From positions 5,400-69,399 of IMG/VR virus record IMGVR_UViG_3300046170_000347: a DNA stretch of 64,000 nucleotides; one strand, written 5' to 3'. The stretch comes from a virus. Shown here piece after piece: positions 6,555 to 15,821 of this stretch (position 1 is its first letter; every line of letters begins with the position of its first letter). The notes under the pieces are model-generated. The model was not told where the DNA came from. It saw only the letters and a program-made list of their open reading frames with translations, and searched no databases. A program made the position numbers and the translations under genes.

Positions 6555-6556
6555 TA
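6524..6556 (+). promoter_or_regulatory. Class I early promoter motif, copy 7
   Basis: TTACAAACAAAATA...ATGGATAATA, inside upstream CDS. Confidence 0.75.
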
Positions 6557-6561
6557 ATAAT

Positions 6562-6792
6562 ATGAAAAATACAAAACGATTAAACTTATGGAAACGGCTA
6601 AAGCCCGAGTACAAGAAAAACATAAAAGAAGCAAACCACAAGTATTCTTGGAAAATGGACAGTATTAAAAAAGAGCTTAAAAACGAATACTGGTTTACAG
6701 AAGTAAAATACGGTATTGCTTTTGATGTAATGACACCTAACAAGCTAACGTTTCTTGGCGATGCTTTTAATTCTAGTTATGCAGATGAATAA
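6562..6792 (+). CDS. Basic hypothetical protein
   Basis: ORF downstream of motif. Confidence 0.6.
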   Translation: MKNTKRLNLWKRLKPEYKKNIKEANHKYSWKMDSIKKELKNEYWFTEVKYGIAFDVMTPNKLTFLGDAFNSSYADE

Positions 6793-6994
6793 AGATATAA
6801 AAGAACGAGCTAGACATAAAGCTTTTGCTAAAATTAGCTTTATAGAACTAGAAAACAGAACATACAGACGAGACATTAAAGCAGGTGGTGATGGTAGATT
6901 ATCAATTGATCTACTAAAAACCTGTTTAAGATCTAATGAAAGAGAATTACTAACATGGCAATACATTGCTAAACTAATAGAAATAGATGAGTAA
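6785..6994 (+). CDS. Hypothetical protein
   Basis: Coupled ORF. Confidence 0.6.
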   Translation: MNKDIKERARHKAFAKISFIELENRTYRRDIKAGGDGRLSIDLLKTCLRSNERELLTWQYIAKLIEIDE

Positions 6995-7433
6995 AACACT
7001 AACAGACGAACTAATAATAAAAGAGCTAACAAAACAAGGTTGGCTAGATATAAACGAAGTTGATCAAGAAGATCAAAAAAAACTAGTACTTGATCATTAC
7101 GAAGTAGAACTTACAGACAGGTTTGATAACAACTGTGGCTTCTATATATACGGCGAAACAACTAGAGATGGTTACGAAGTATATGTTGCGGCCGACAGCG
7201 TGAGAAATGTATGTATATCAGAAGATTTATACTACTATGACAGTGATCTTCATGATGCCTTAATTGATGCAATAAAAGATGAGCTTTCACCTATTTACTT
7301 AGATGATGAAGATGCTGACTTTGTTGAATACGCTATTGAACAACTATACGAGCTTACGTATGACGAAAAATACGCAGAAGCTGAATCAGAGCTTGAAGAT
7401 CAAGGATATAAATGGCCAGATGAAGAAGAATAA
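6987..7433 (+). CDS. Highly acidic protein, possible DNA mimic
   Basis: About 44 D/E vs 11 K/R in 148 aa by hand count; Tyr-rich. Confidence 0.7.
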   Translation: MSKTLTDELIIKELTKQGWLDINEVDQEDQKKLVLDHYEVELTDRFDNNCGFYIYGETTRDGYEVYVAADSVRNVCISEDLYYYDSDLHDALIDAIKDELSPIYLDDEDADFVEYAIEQLYELTYDEKYAEAESELEDQGYKWPDEEE

Positions 7434-7505
7434 TCTAACTAAAGCACTTATAATTACGTATTCTTTACTGGCAATACTAGGTATTATTTGCTTAAATAAA
7501 CTATT

Positions 7506-7736
7506 ATGACAGAAGAAGAAATGGAAAACATAGCAAACCTAGTGGTACAAAAGCTAGTTAAGCTACAACAAGACGGTGAAATATACCTAGGCTTAGCACA
7601 AGAAGAGGTATTGCTTGCAGAAATAGCAAGACTTACTACCCTATTGTCTATGTATGAAGAGCGTGAACAGTATGAAGCTGCCGCTATTATACACAATAAA
7701 ATTAAAAACTTAGAATCTAAACTTAATAACATATGA
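7506..7736 (+). CDS. UVR (UvrB/UvrC coiled-coil) motif protein
   Basis: C-terminal EEREQYEAAAIIHNKIKNLE matches the UVR pattern. Confidence 0.65.
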   Translation: MTEEEMENIANLVVQKLVKLQQDGEIYLGLAQEEVLLAEIARLTTLLSMYEEREQYEAAAIIHNKIKNLESKLNNI

Positions 7737-8560
7737 TAAAACCAATGCTTGCACACAAAGTCGGTAAAAAAGAAGTCGACTGGTCTGCAAAGAATTTTAT
7801 ACAACCAAAGCTTGATGGCGTACGTTGTGTATTTACTAAGGTTGGTGCGTATTCTCGTACTGGCAAAGAATTTAAAAACGTAGCTCATCTTGAAGAAGAT
7901 CTTAAAGACTTTTTCTGGAATAACCCTAATGCTATACTTGACGGCGAGCTGTATAATCACGATCTAAAGCATGATTTTGAAAAGATCATATCTTTGGTCA
8001 GAAAACAAAAACCAACTGAAGACGACAGGTCTGAGGCTGCTAATCTTGTACAATATCACGTGTATGATACTATATGGCAAGATGTAACATATGAAGACAG
8101 ATACAATTGGTTAAGAACTAACTTACCTATTGCAAAAACTATGACATTAATCGCTAATACTACAGTTGATTGTATGGCTGAAGCTAAAACAATGCACAGT
8201 CTACATCTAGCTCAAGGCTACGAAGGCTCTATGCTACGTACTAATGGCTTGTATGAGCGCAAACGATCTTACAACTTACAAAAGTTTAAAGACTTCCACG
8301 ATACGGAAGCAACTATTACAGGATATGAAGAAGGTAAAGGTAAGCGACAAGGCACGCTTGGCAAGTTTCTGATGACAGATGACGAAGGTATACAGTTCGG
8401 TTGTCCACCGGGCAAAGGCTATACTTACAAGGATCTGGCAAACATGCTACTTAACATTCATGACTACATTGGTCAGCGTGCTACCTTTACTTATTTTCAA
8501 CGAACACAAGCAGGTTCTTACAGACACCCGCTATTTAAAACACTTAGAAACTATGAGTAA
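7733..8560 (+). CDS. ATP-dependent DNA ligase
   Basis: KLDGVRC, LDGELY, YHVYD, EGSMLR, QKFK motifs and C-terminal OB fold. Confidence 0.95.
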   Translation: MIKPMLAHKVGKKEVDWSAKNFIQPKLDGVRCVFTKVGAYSRTGKEFKNVAHLEEDLKDFFWNNPNAILDGELYNHDLKHDFEKIISLVRKQKPTEDDRSEAANLVQYHVYDTIWQDVTYEDRYNWLRTNLPIAKTMTLIANTTVDCMAEAKTMHSLHLAQGYEGSMLRTNGLYERKRSYNLQKFKDFHDTEATITGYEEGKGKRQGTLGKFLMTDDEGIQFGCPPGKGYTYKDLANMLLNIHDYIGQRATFTYFQRTQAGSYRHPLFKTLRNYE

Positions 8561-8777
8561 ATGGCCAAACAGAGACAAGCATATATGGGAAGGCTGGACG
8601 GTAGGTGACTTTATTGATGACGTTGAAGTTATGTTTAACGTACGCGATAAGTATTACCGAAACGCTGGTTTTAATAATAAAGAAGAACTAAAAGACTGGG
8701 TTAAAGATCATCAACCTTATTACAAAAAGCATATACCAGAAGTTTATAGATATTTTTTATACAAAACAACATTATGA
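8553..8777 (+). CDS. Hypothetical protein
   Basis: ATG at 8553 overlaps ligase end. Confidence 0.65.
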   Translation: MSKWPNRDKHIWEGWTVGDFIDDVEVMFNVRDKYYRNAGFNNKEELKDWVKDHQPYYKKHIPEVYRYFLYKTTL

Positions 8778-8939
8778 GCAAATTAATATGGAAATTATAT
8801 CATCAGAATATGATAAGCGAAGAAGTAGTAGGAATTTTATTAGACAAACTATATGAGTAGACTAAAGACGTATAAGCATCTAATTCAAACAGATGCATTC
8901 GGAATAAGAACCAAAATTAAGAATTTTGTTAAACCAAGG

Positions 8940-8984
8940 GTGACAAAAGCCCGTAAAGATACTAAAGTAAGAGGCTAATGTCAC
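8940..8984. promoter_or_regulatory. 45-bp dyad operator candidate overlapping start of HTH gene
   Basis: GTGACAAAAGCC...GGCTAATGTCAC; same geometry as 1291-1335. Confidence 0.6.
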
Positions 8985-9607
8985 ATGAAAGAAATATAAA
9001 ATGGCTAAACGATAGGCGCATTATCTACAGGAGAGATCCGTGGAGTGATGTGCCTACCGTTGAAACGCCTTATTATAAGTTCTATGAAAAAGGCACGCAT
9101 CAATGTTATCACTTGTTTAATAGCACGGCTAAAATAACTACATACAGATCATTGAAGTGGCATTTTTATGTTTTGTATTTTCTTAATCAAGACATGCATA
9201 AAGATGAAAACGCTTTGCCGTTTTTTATGTTATTCAAGTTTATAGCTAACAAAGATAATGGTTTTGTAACATTTTTTATAAGTGATAAAAAACTAGAAGA
9301 AATAATCAGAGATGTTTTAACTAACGGTGGGGAACCACCTGTAAACAAAAAACGTAAGATTATATTTAAACCTTGGACGCCACTAACACCTGAAGATAAA
9401 ATGCGTATTGTCGGCGAGCTTATAGGTAGATCAAGACGTATTGATGAAGAAGCCATTTATCAATGCATGTTAGATCTAAACGAGTATGGCAAAAAAATTA
9501 CCGTAGGACGCGTAGCAGGCTTGCTTAACTGTTCAACGAGAACTATACATAGAAATATGTGTAAAGAGTTAAACAAAGAAAAACAATACTTAAACAATCA
9601 ATTATGA
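8978..9607 (+). CDS. DNA-binding protein with C-terminal HTH
   Basis: ITVGRVAGLLNCSTRTIHRNM helix-turn-helix pattern. Confidence 0.75.
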   Translation: MSHERNIKWLNDRRIIYRRDPWSDVPTVETPYYKFYEKGTHQCYHLFNSTAKITTYRSLKWHFYVLYFLNQDMHKDENALPFFMLFKFIANKDNGFVTFFISDKKLEEIIRDVLTNGGEPPVNKKRKIIFKPWTPLTPEDKMRIVGELIGRSRRIDEEAIYQCMLDLNEYGKKITVGRVAGLLNCSTRTIHRNMCKELNKEKQYLNNQL

Positions 9608-10362
9608 AAAAGTATAATGTACAGAATTATATAAGATATAAAAACGATCTTAAAAAGTCTATGCCACCTGATAAGTTCTATGACTACTATACGCGTGATG
9701 AACTAATAGTAAAGTTCTTACCGCTTGTAGAAAACTTAGCAAGAAAATTTTCAACAACACAACAAGCATCAGGCGTACTTAGCATTAATGATCTTATACA
9801 GATAGGATCTGAAGGACTAATTAAAGCCGTAGATAAACTTGACTGGGCAGAAAGACTAGCTGAAACAGAAGACATAGAAAAAACATTAAAGTCGTTCTTT
9901 GCAAAACGAATAAAAGGAATCATTAGACGCCGCATAGACATGGCTAGGGGCGGCATACGTATACCAGAGCATAAGCTAAATGAAATACGTAAAAACCCTA
10001 AAGACAAAAAAATGGTTGAGCTATTTTTTAATAGTATGTTTTTAAGCATAGATGCGCAACCGACTAACAACGACGAAGAAAACATGATCTATCAAATAGC
10101 AGATAAATCAGAGCCGTATAACATACAGATACTTAATATTTATTTAAAAGGTTTAATGCAAAAACACCTTAACAAAAACGAATACGAAGTGCTAAGATTG
10201 AGCTACGGTCTTGACTGTGACAAACACTCTGCAAACGAAATAGCAGACAAAATTAAGATCAAAGGACCAAGCGCTTATGTGCGTGTTTCAGAGCTTAAAA
10301 AACAAGCCGTAGAAAAACTAATTGACAGTGTTGATCACTCGCAAGTGCTTGACTTTCTGTAA
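9604..10362 (+). CDS. Phage sigma-70 family RNA polymerase sigma factor
   Basis: Region 2 (FLPLVENLARKF...DLIQIGSEGLIKAVDK) and region 4 (LNKNEYEVLRLSYGL...EIADKI...VSELKKQAVEKL). Confidence 0.92.
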   Translation: MKKYNVQNYIRYKNDLKKSMPPDKFYDYYTRDELIVKFLPLVENLARKFSTTQQASGVLSINDLIQIGSEGLIKAVDKLDWAERLAETEDIEKTLKSFFAKRIKGIIRRRIDMARGGIRIPEHKLNEIRKNPKDKKMVELFFNSMFLSIDAQPTNNDEENMIYQIADKSEPYNIQILNIYLKGLMQKHLNKNEYEVLRLSYGLDCDKHSANEIADKIKIKGPSAYVRVSELKKQAVEKLIDSVDHSQVLDFL

Positions 10363-10371
10363 GTTACAAAT

Positions 10372-10402
10372 GTAAAACATCAAATCAATGTGTAATTATA
10401 TT
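10372..10402 (+). promoter_or_regulatory. Class II promoter candidate for replication operon
   Basis: GTAAAA-N14-GTAATTATA right after the sigma gene. Confidence 0.6.
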
Positions 10403-10425
10403 AATAACTAAAACCAATAAACCAT

Positions 10426-10962
10426 ATGACCATAAATGAAAAACTGGCAACGATCCAGACAAAGTTTAAATCTAAAAAATCTAGATTTAACTCGTTCGGC
10501 AAATATTACTTCAGATCAGCCGAAGACATTCTCGAAGCAACAAAACCCTTTCTATTAGAGTTAGGAGTATCAGTAACGATTAATGAAGAACTAATCGATA
10601 ACCACGTTATGCCTATAATTCAAACAACTGCGACTGTATCTGATGGCGAAAATGCTATACACGCTACAGCTTTAGTTGGTGTAGACATTAATCAAAAAGG
10701 TATGCAAACACCTCAGCAATTTGGCAGCGCATCGAGCTATGGCAAGAAGTACGCGTTAGGCAATTTATTTCTAATTGACGACACGCAAGACAGCGATGCC
10801 ACTAACAATCACGGCAAAGCTAAACAACCTACCTTAACATCTAAAAAAGATCCGGCTTATAACAAAGCTGTTGAATATGTAACTGCAGGTGGTAAGATAG
10901 AAGCTATCAAACAGAAATATAAACTAAGTGCTGAAATTGAAGGAGCACTACAAACCTTGTAA
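10426..10962 (+). CDS. ERF family ssDNA-annealing protein
   Basis: FGKYYFRSAEDIL and GSASSYGKKYAL...LIDDTQDSD motifs. Confidence 0.9.
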   Translation: MTINEKLATIQTKFKSKKSRFNSFGKYYFRSAEDILEATKPFLLELGVSVTINEELIDNHVMPIIQTTATVSDGENAIHATALVGVDINQKGMQTPQQFGSASSYGKKYALGNLFLIDDTQDSDATNNHGKAKQPTLTSKKDPAYNKAVEYVTAGGKIEAIKQKYKLSAEIEGALQTL

Positions 10963-11694
10963 ATGGATAAAAAACAGGTTATAGAAAAGCTGCGTGATGA
11001 TCAGAGCTACTACGGCGACTTTGGTAAAAAGTACCTTAGTAATTCTGACATCGGCACGCTGCTTACAAACCCTTTAGCGTTAGGTCAACCATCAAAGCCA
11101 TCACCGGCTTTCTTAGTTGGCGGGTATTTTCATACGGCTATACTTGAACCAGATAAGATTAAAAACTTTAAGGTTATTGAAGCTAGTACTAGAAATACAA
11201 AAGCGTATAAAGAGATATCTGACGGTGAACTATGTTTATTGCAAAGCGAAGTCGACAAGATCGAACTAATGACCGATAAGGTATTAGCTAACAATGTGTG
11301 TAAAGATCTTATTCGCGGCAACAACATAGAATATGAACAACCAGGTATAACAGAGCTAGAAGGTCTTATGTGGAAAGGTAAGGCAGATATTGTAAACCAC
11401 GACGAAAAGCTGATCATTGATTTGAAGACGACGGCTGATCTTAACAAGTTTAGATGGTCTGCAAACAAATACAACTACGACAGTCAAGCTTACATTTACA
11501 GTAATCTATTTGGCTATGAATTTATATTTATAGTAATAGACAAAACAACGCATCAAATAGGTATATTTGACTGCTCACCACAGTTCTATGAACGTGGTAA
11601 AGACAAGGTTGAAAGAGCGGCTGAACAATACAAGCTGTTCTATCAATCAGAGGATTTTGATCCTCAACAATTTTTTATAAACCAAACACTATAA
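10963..11694 (+). CDS. PD-(D/E)XK exonuclease (RecE/ExoVIII-like)
   Basis: GGYFHTAILEP, KGKADIV, IIDLKTT, YDSQAYIY. Confidence 0.88.
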   Translation: MDKKQVIEKLRDDQSYYGDFGKKYLSNSDIGTLLTNPLALGQPSKPSPAFLVGGYFHTAILEPDKIKNFKVIEASTRNTKAYKEISDGELCLLQSEVDKIELMTDKVLANNVCKDLIRGNNIEYEQPGITELEGLMWKGKADIVNHDEKLIIDLKTTADLNKFRWSANKYNYDSQAYIYSNLFGYEFIFIVIDKTTHQIGIFDCSPQFYERGKDKVERAAEQYKLFYQSEDFDPQQFFINQTL

Positions 11695-11697
11695 CAA

Positions 11698-11877
11698 ATG
11701 GCAAGAACCAGAAAAAACCAAACTAAAGTATGCAGCGTAACAGGATTAGAAACTAGCATAAACAATTTCTATGCTAATCAAACTCATGTTAAAGCTGTAG
11801 ATAATCTGCGCCGTAATAGCAATGCTACTAAAGAGCAGATGCAACGCATGTTTAATCAATTAAATCAATACGTATAA
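11698..11877 (+). CDS. Small hypothetical protein (MARTRKNQTK...)
   Basis: Read by hand; fills gap with TAATG coupling to next gene. Confidence 0.6.
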   Translation: MARTRKNQTKVCSVTGLETSINNFYANQTHVKAVDNLRRNSNATKEQMQRMFNQLNQYV

Positions 11878-12179
11878 TGGCAAGTATAATAGCAACTAGT
11901 ATTGACCTTAATAAAATACCAAAAGATAAAATTATCGATGGTAAAAAAGGTAAATACTTACCGATTACTATTACATTGAACGATGAACTAGATCAATTTG
12001 GCAATAGCGGGCCTGTTGTAGTACAGCAGACCAAAGAGGAGCGCGAAGCTAAAGTTGCTAAAGTTTATTTAGGCAATGTTAAAGTAGTATGGACAAACGG
12101 TGATAATGTAGCCGTGACACCAAAAGACAATGTACAACCAGCTGCACCAGCTAAGGCTGAAGTAGATTTACCATTTTAA
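11877..12179 (+). CDS. Single-stranded DNA-binding protein
   Basis: Position in replication module; acidic C-terminal DLPF tail. Confidence 0.75.
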   Translation: MASIIATSIDLNKIPKDKIIDGKKGKYLPITITLNDELDQFGNSGPVVVQQTKEEREAKVAKVYLGNVKVVWTNGDNVAVTPKDNVQPAAPAKAEVDLPF

Positions 12180-12188
12180 TTAAATTAA

Positions 12189-13896
12189 ATGCAGACAACA
12201 GAGATCAATGGATTTGTGATTGATGAGTTCAATCAACATGGCCTTGAAGAAGGTAAGAAACAAGGTGTATGCCCGAAGTCTACCGTATGCAGGCAACCTA
12301 AAAATCATAAGAAGAAATGTGCTTCGTATGATTGGGAACGAGGTCTCGGTACTTGTCATAATTGTAACGAATCATTTCAACTACACACGTATAAACGTAA
12401 AGGCGAAACTGTAAAGGTTTATGAAAAACCTAAGTATGCAGGCATTGCGCCAAAGACTAAAGTAGTTGAGTGGTTTAAATCAAGAGGTATATCTCAGAAA
12501 ACCCTTACCGATTTAAAAGTCGGTGAGGGATCTGAATATATGCCGCAAACCGGTAAAACCGAGAACGCAATAAAGTTCAATTATTTTATAGGCGGTGAGT
12601 TAATAAACATTAAGTACCGCGATGGAAGAAAGAACTTTAAATTATTTAAAGGAGCTGAAAAAGTATTTTACAATATTGATAGCATTGTAGGTTATGACTC
12701 TTGTGTCATAGTTGAAGGCGAAATGGACGTGCTTGCATTACATGAAGCCGGAGTTACAAATGCTATATCTGTGCCAAACGGCGCTACGTTAAATACTAAT
12801 AATCTAGATTATCTTGACAACTGTATTGATTACTTTGAAGATAAAGAAAAGATTATACTAGCTGTAGATTCAGACGAAGCAGGTCAAGCATTACAAACAG
12901 AGCTTATACGTAGATTAGGATCTGAAGGTATGCTATTTAGCTACGTTTGATGATTGTAAAGATGCTAACGAATACCTACAGAAATATGGAAAACAAAAAT
13001 TGGCAGAGCGTATTAAAGGCTCAAAACCAGTACCGCTCGAAAATGTCACGACATTTAGGGACATTGAAGATGAGGTCACGGACTTTGTTCGTAACGGGTT
13101 TAAACCTGGATATCAAGTTGGCTTGCAAAATTTTGATGATATCTTTTCGACTTATACTGGTCAGTTTATTACTGTTACTGGTATTCCGTCTAGCGGGAAG
13201 TCAGATTTTGTCGACCAAATGGTTGTTGGCTATAACAAAAACTATGGCTGGAAAACGGCGTTTGCTAGTCCTGAAAATATGCCGACTTACCTTCACGCAC
13301 ACAAGCTAATGCGTAAGATATGGCAAGGTATGCCTACGTCTGCAGATATACACGGTGAAAAGTGGAATCAAGTAGCAGATCATTGTAATACAAACTTCTT
13401 TCATATCGACATGGAACGATATACATTAGAGTCTGTATTGCGTAAAGGCGCTGAGCTAGTTAAACGTAAAGGTATTAAATGTTTAGTTATTGATCCATTT
13501 AATAAAGTACGTGACGTTGATTGTAAAACAGAAGACGTTAACAGGTACACAATGGAGTACTTAACTAAAATTGAAATGTTTGCTAAAAAGTTTGACGTTT
13601 TAGTTTTTGTTGTAGCGCATCCAACTAAAATGTATAAAGACAAAGATGGTAAAATTGAAGAACCTAACATGTATAATATCAAAGGCGGTGGTGAATGGTA
13701 TGACGCTAGTTATCATGGCTTATTGGTGCATAGGGATTATGAAGAAAAAACAGTCAAAGCTAAGGTGCTTAAGGTAAAGTTTCAAAACCTCGGTGAAAAC
13801 GGAGCTGAAGCACATTTTAAGTGGGAACCTAAGTCTGGCTGCTTTATACCACATGAGCAAATAAATATTAATGATGATCCAATGCCGTGGGAATAA
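12189..13896 (+). CDS. Twinkle/T7-gp4-like primase-helicase (split by likely sequencing frameshift ~12928)
   Basis: Zn-binding N-terminus, TOPRIM VEGEMD and DSDEAG, Walker A GIPSSGKS, IDPFN, VAHP. Confidence 0.92.
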
Positions 13897-14151
13897 ATGG
13901 CATGGGGTAAAAAGATAAACATGGGTACATATAATCCAACATCAGTTGAGACTAAAGCTTACGCTTGGTGTATAAATAACAAAATATACATTGCACCAAA
14001 AGCTATCAGCGAGACACGTTGGTCTGTTGTTATAACAAACAACGGTGTAACACACGAAGATCCTAATCATTACATTAAAGGTTTAATATGGGAGAAGATT
14101 TATGAATATTATAAATACTATTATGAAAAACACATTTCACAACGCAGATCA
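13897..14151 (+). CDS. Small hypothetical protein (probably fused to next gene by a read error)
   Basis: First ~84 aa of ORF 13897..14535 precede the TS-fold sequence; alternative ATG at 14123. Confidence 0.5.
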
Positions 14152-14764
14152 GCTTATGAAGCTTTGCTTGATGAGGTTATTATAAACGGTATAGAATTTG
14201 ATGGTACGCAGGCTATATTTAACTGCGGCTTTTATATGATAGACCCACAAGATAACCATATTAAAAACGTAGAACGTAACTGGAGCTTAGAGTATGCTGA
14301 AGCTGAATGGCAGTGGTATTTGTCTGGTGATCCTAGCATTGACAAGCTTGGTGAGTTGTATGGTAAGATACCACCAATATGGGAACGTATGGCCGACAGT
14401 GATCGTAAAGTTAATAGCAACTACGGTTATCAATGGAAACGTAAAGCTCAAATAGACTACGTCTGTGCAAAGCTTAAATCAAATCCTAATACGCGTCATG
14501 CAGCAATTAGTATATATGATGGCAAAGGAATATGATAAATACAAGAAAGACACGCCTTGTACTTATGCAGTTCAGTTTACGATCATAGGCAAACAATTAT
14601 GTATGTCTGTCTATATGCGTTCTAATGACATCTGGTATGGTTTCTGTAATGATCAGTATCAATTCTCATCATTGCAAAAAATGATTGCTTACAGACTGAA
14701 TTTAGAAATTGGTTGGTATTACCATCACGCGCACAACATGCATTTATATAACGATAAATTATAA
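14123..14764 (+). CDS. Thymidylate-synthase-fold enzyme, dCMP hydroxymethylase-like (two apparent frameshifts)
   Basis: VNSNYG, DTPCT, MRSNDIWYGFCND, HNMHLY; Asp at the specificity position as in T4 gp42. Confidence 0.8.
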
Positions 14765-14767
14765 CTT

Positions 14768-15559
14768 ATGTATTATTTGTACCACATACCTGGTAAAAAG
14801 ATCGGCGTTACACGTGATCTTAATAACAGGGTTACCCTTGTGCAAGGTTACAAGGAGAATGAGTATGAAGTTCTTGAACAGTCAGACGATATAGATTATA
14901 TATCAGACCGTGAAATAGAACTTCAAAAGTCTTACGGCTATAAGGTCGATAGAAAACTATATAAACACTTATTTAAAAATATGAAGATAAACGCAACAGA
15001 GCAAACCTCAACGTTTCCTGTACCCGTCAATAAATTAAAAGGACGATTAGAGGACAGCATAGGTCTTACTTGGCAAACAGATCACGGCCAGTTTGAAATT
15101 AACAAACGAACGATCTCATGGATAATGGCTAATGTAAAAGAGTCAATGTATAATCACAACAGGTGTTATGTATACAATAAAGCTTTTCATGAAGCATTTT
15201 TAGATACAAAGCATACGCCAAAGCCTAAGTATAATACTAGCGTAGATAAAATACCAAACCGTTTCGAGCTTATACGTATGTGGGCCAAAGACAGAGGTAT
15301 TTATGATCAAGGTAATTCACATACTCAGTATGTTAAATTACAAGAAGAAGCTGGTGAGCTAGCTGCAGCATTGCTTAACAAGGATAAACCTGAAATACAA
15401 GACGCTATTGGCGATATGATTGTCGTACTTACAAACTTAGCAGAGCTTGAAGGTTTTGTAGTTGAAGATTGTATCGACGCAGCTTATACTGAAATAGCTA
15501 ATCGAACAGGCGTAATGCATAACGGAACATTTGTTAAAACTGGTACATATGAAAATTAG
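14768..15559 (+). CDS. GIY-YIG-like N-terminus fused to MazG-like NTP pyrophosphatase
   Basis: YYLYHIPGKKIGVTRDLNNR...REIEL; C-terminal KLQEEAGEL...DAIGDMIVVL. Confidence 0.75.
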   Translation: MYYLYHIPGKKIGVTRDLNNRVTLVQGYKENEYEVLEQSDDIDYISDREIELQKSYGYKVDRKLYKHLFKNMKINATEQTSTFPVPVNKLKGRLEDSIGLTWQTDHGQFEINKRTISWIMANVKESMYNHNRCYVYNKAFHEAFLDTKHTPKPKYNTSVDKIPNRFELIRMWAKDRGIYDQGNSHTQYVKLQEEAGELAAALLNKDKPEIQDAIGDMIVVLTNLAELEGFVVEDCIDAAYTEIANRTGVMHNGTFVKTGTYEN

Positions 15560-15821
15560 AACCAAAGACGCAATAGTACAGTCTGTGCTTAAAAAAATGG
15601 ACGAACGAAGTTTAATCGGCCAGAAAAAGTACGGAGCTACAATGATGCAAGAGATCGAAGGTCAGGAGAAAGATCTTAATCGTTTCTTAATTGATGTACA
15701 AGAGGAACTAATGGACGCATTGCTTTACATTGAAGCTGCTAAACGATGTTTGACTGATGAGATCGAAGAGGCTATGATAAAACGTTTTGATATAGAAGTT
15801 CATGATGAAACGACCTTATAA
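15549..15821 (+). CDS. All-alpha NTP pyrophosphatase-like protein
   Basis: RSLIGQKKYG...QEELMDALLY pattern. Confidence 0.6.
   Translation: MKIRTKDAIVQSVLKKMDERSLIGQKKYGATMMQEIEGQEKDLNRFLIDVQEELMDALLYIEAAKRCLTDEIEEAMIKRFDIEVHDETTL

Noticed and set aside
1540-6556. Repeated motif as a CRISPR array or attC-type cassette sites
   Set aside because: Spacing is irregular (about 200-1500 nt), the middle is degenerate, it is not palindromic, and no cas or integrase gene is present; geometry fits a promoter.
14123-14764. Plain thymidylate synthase thyA
   Set aside because: Asp rather than Asn at the specificity position and gp42-like flanking motifs; thyA symbol withheld.
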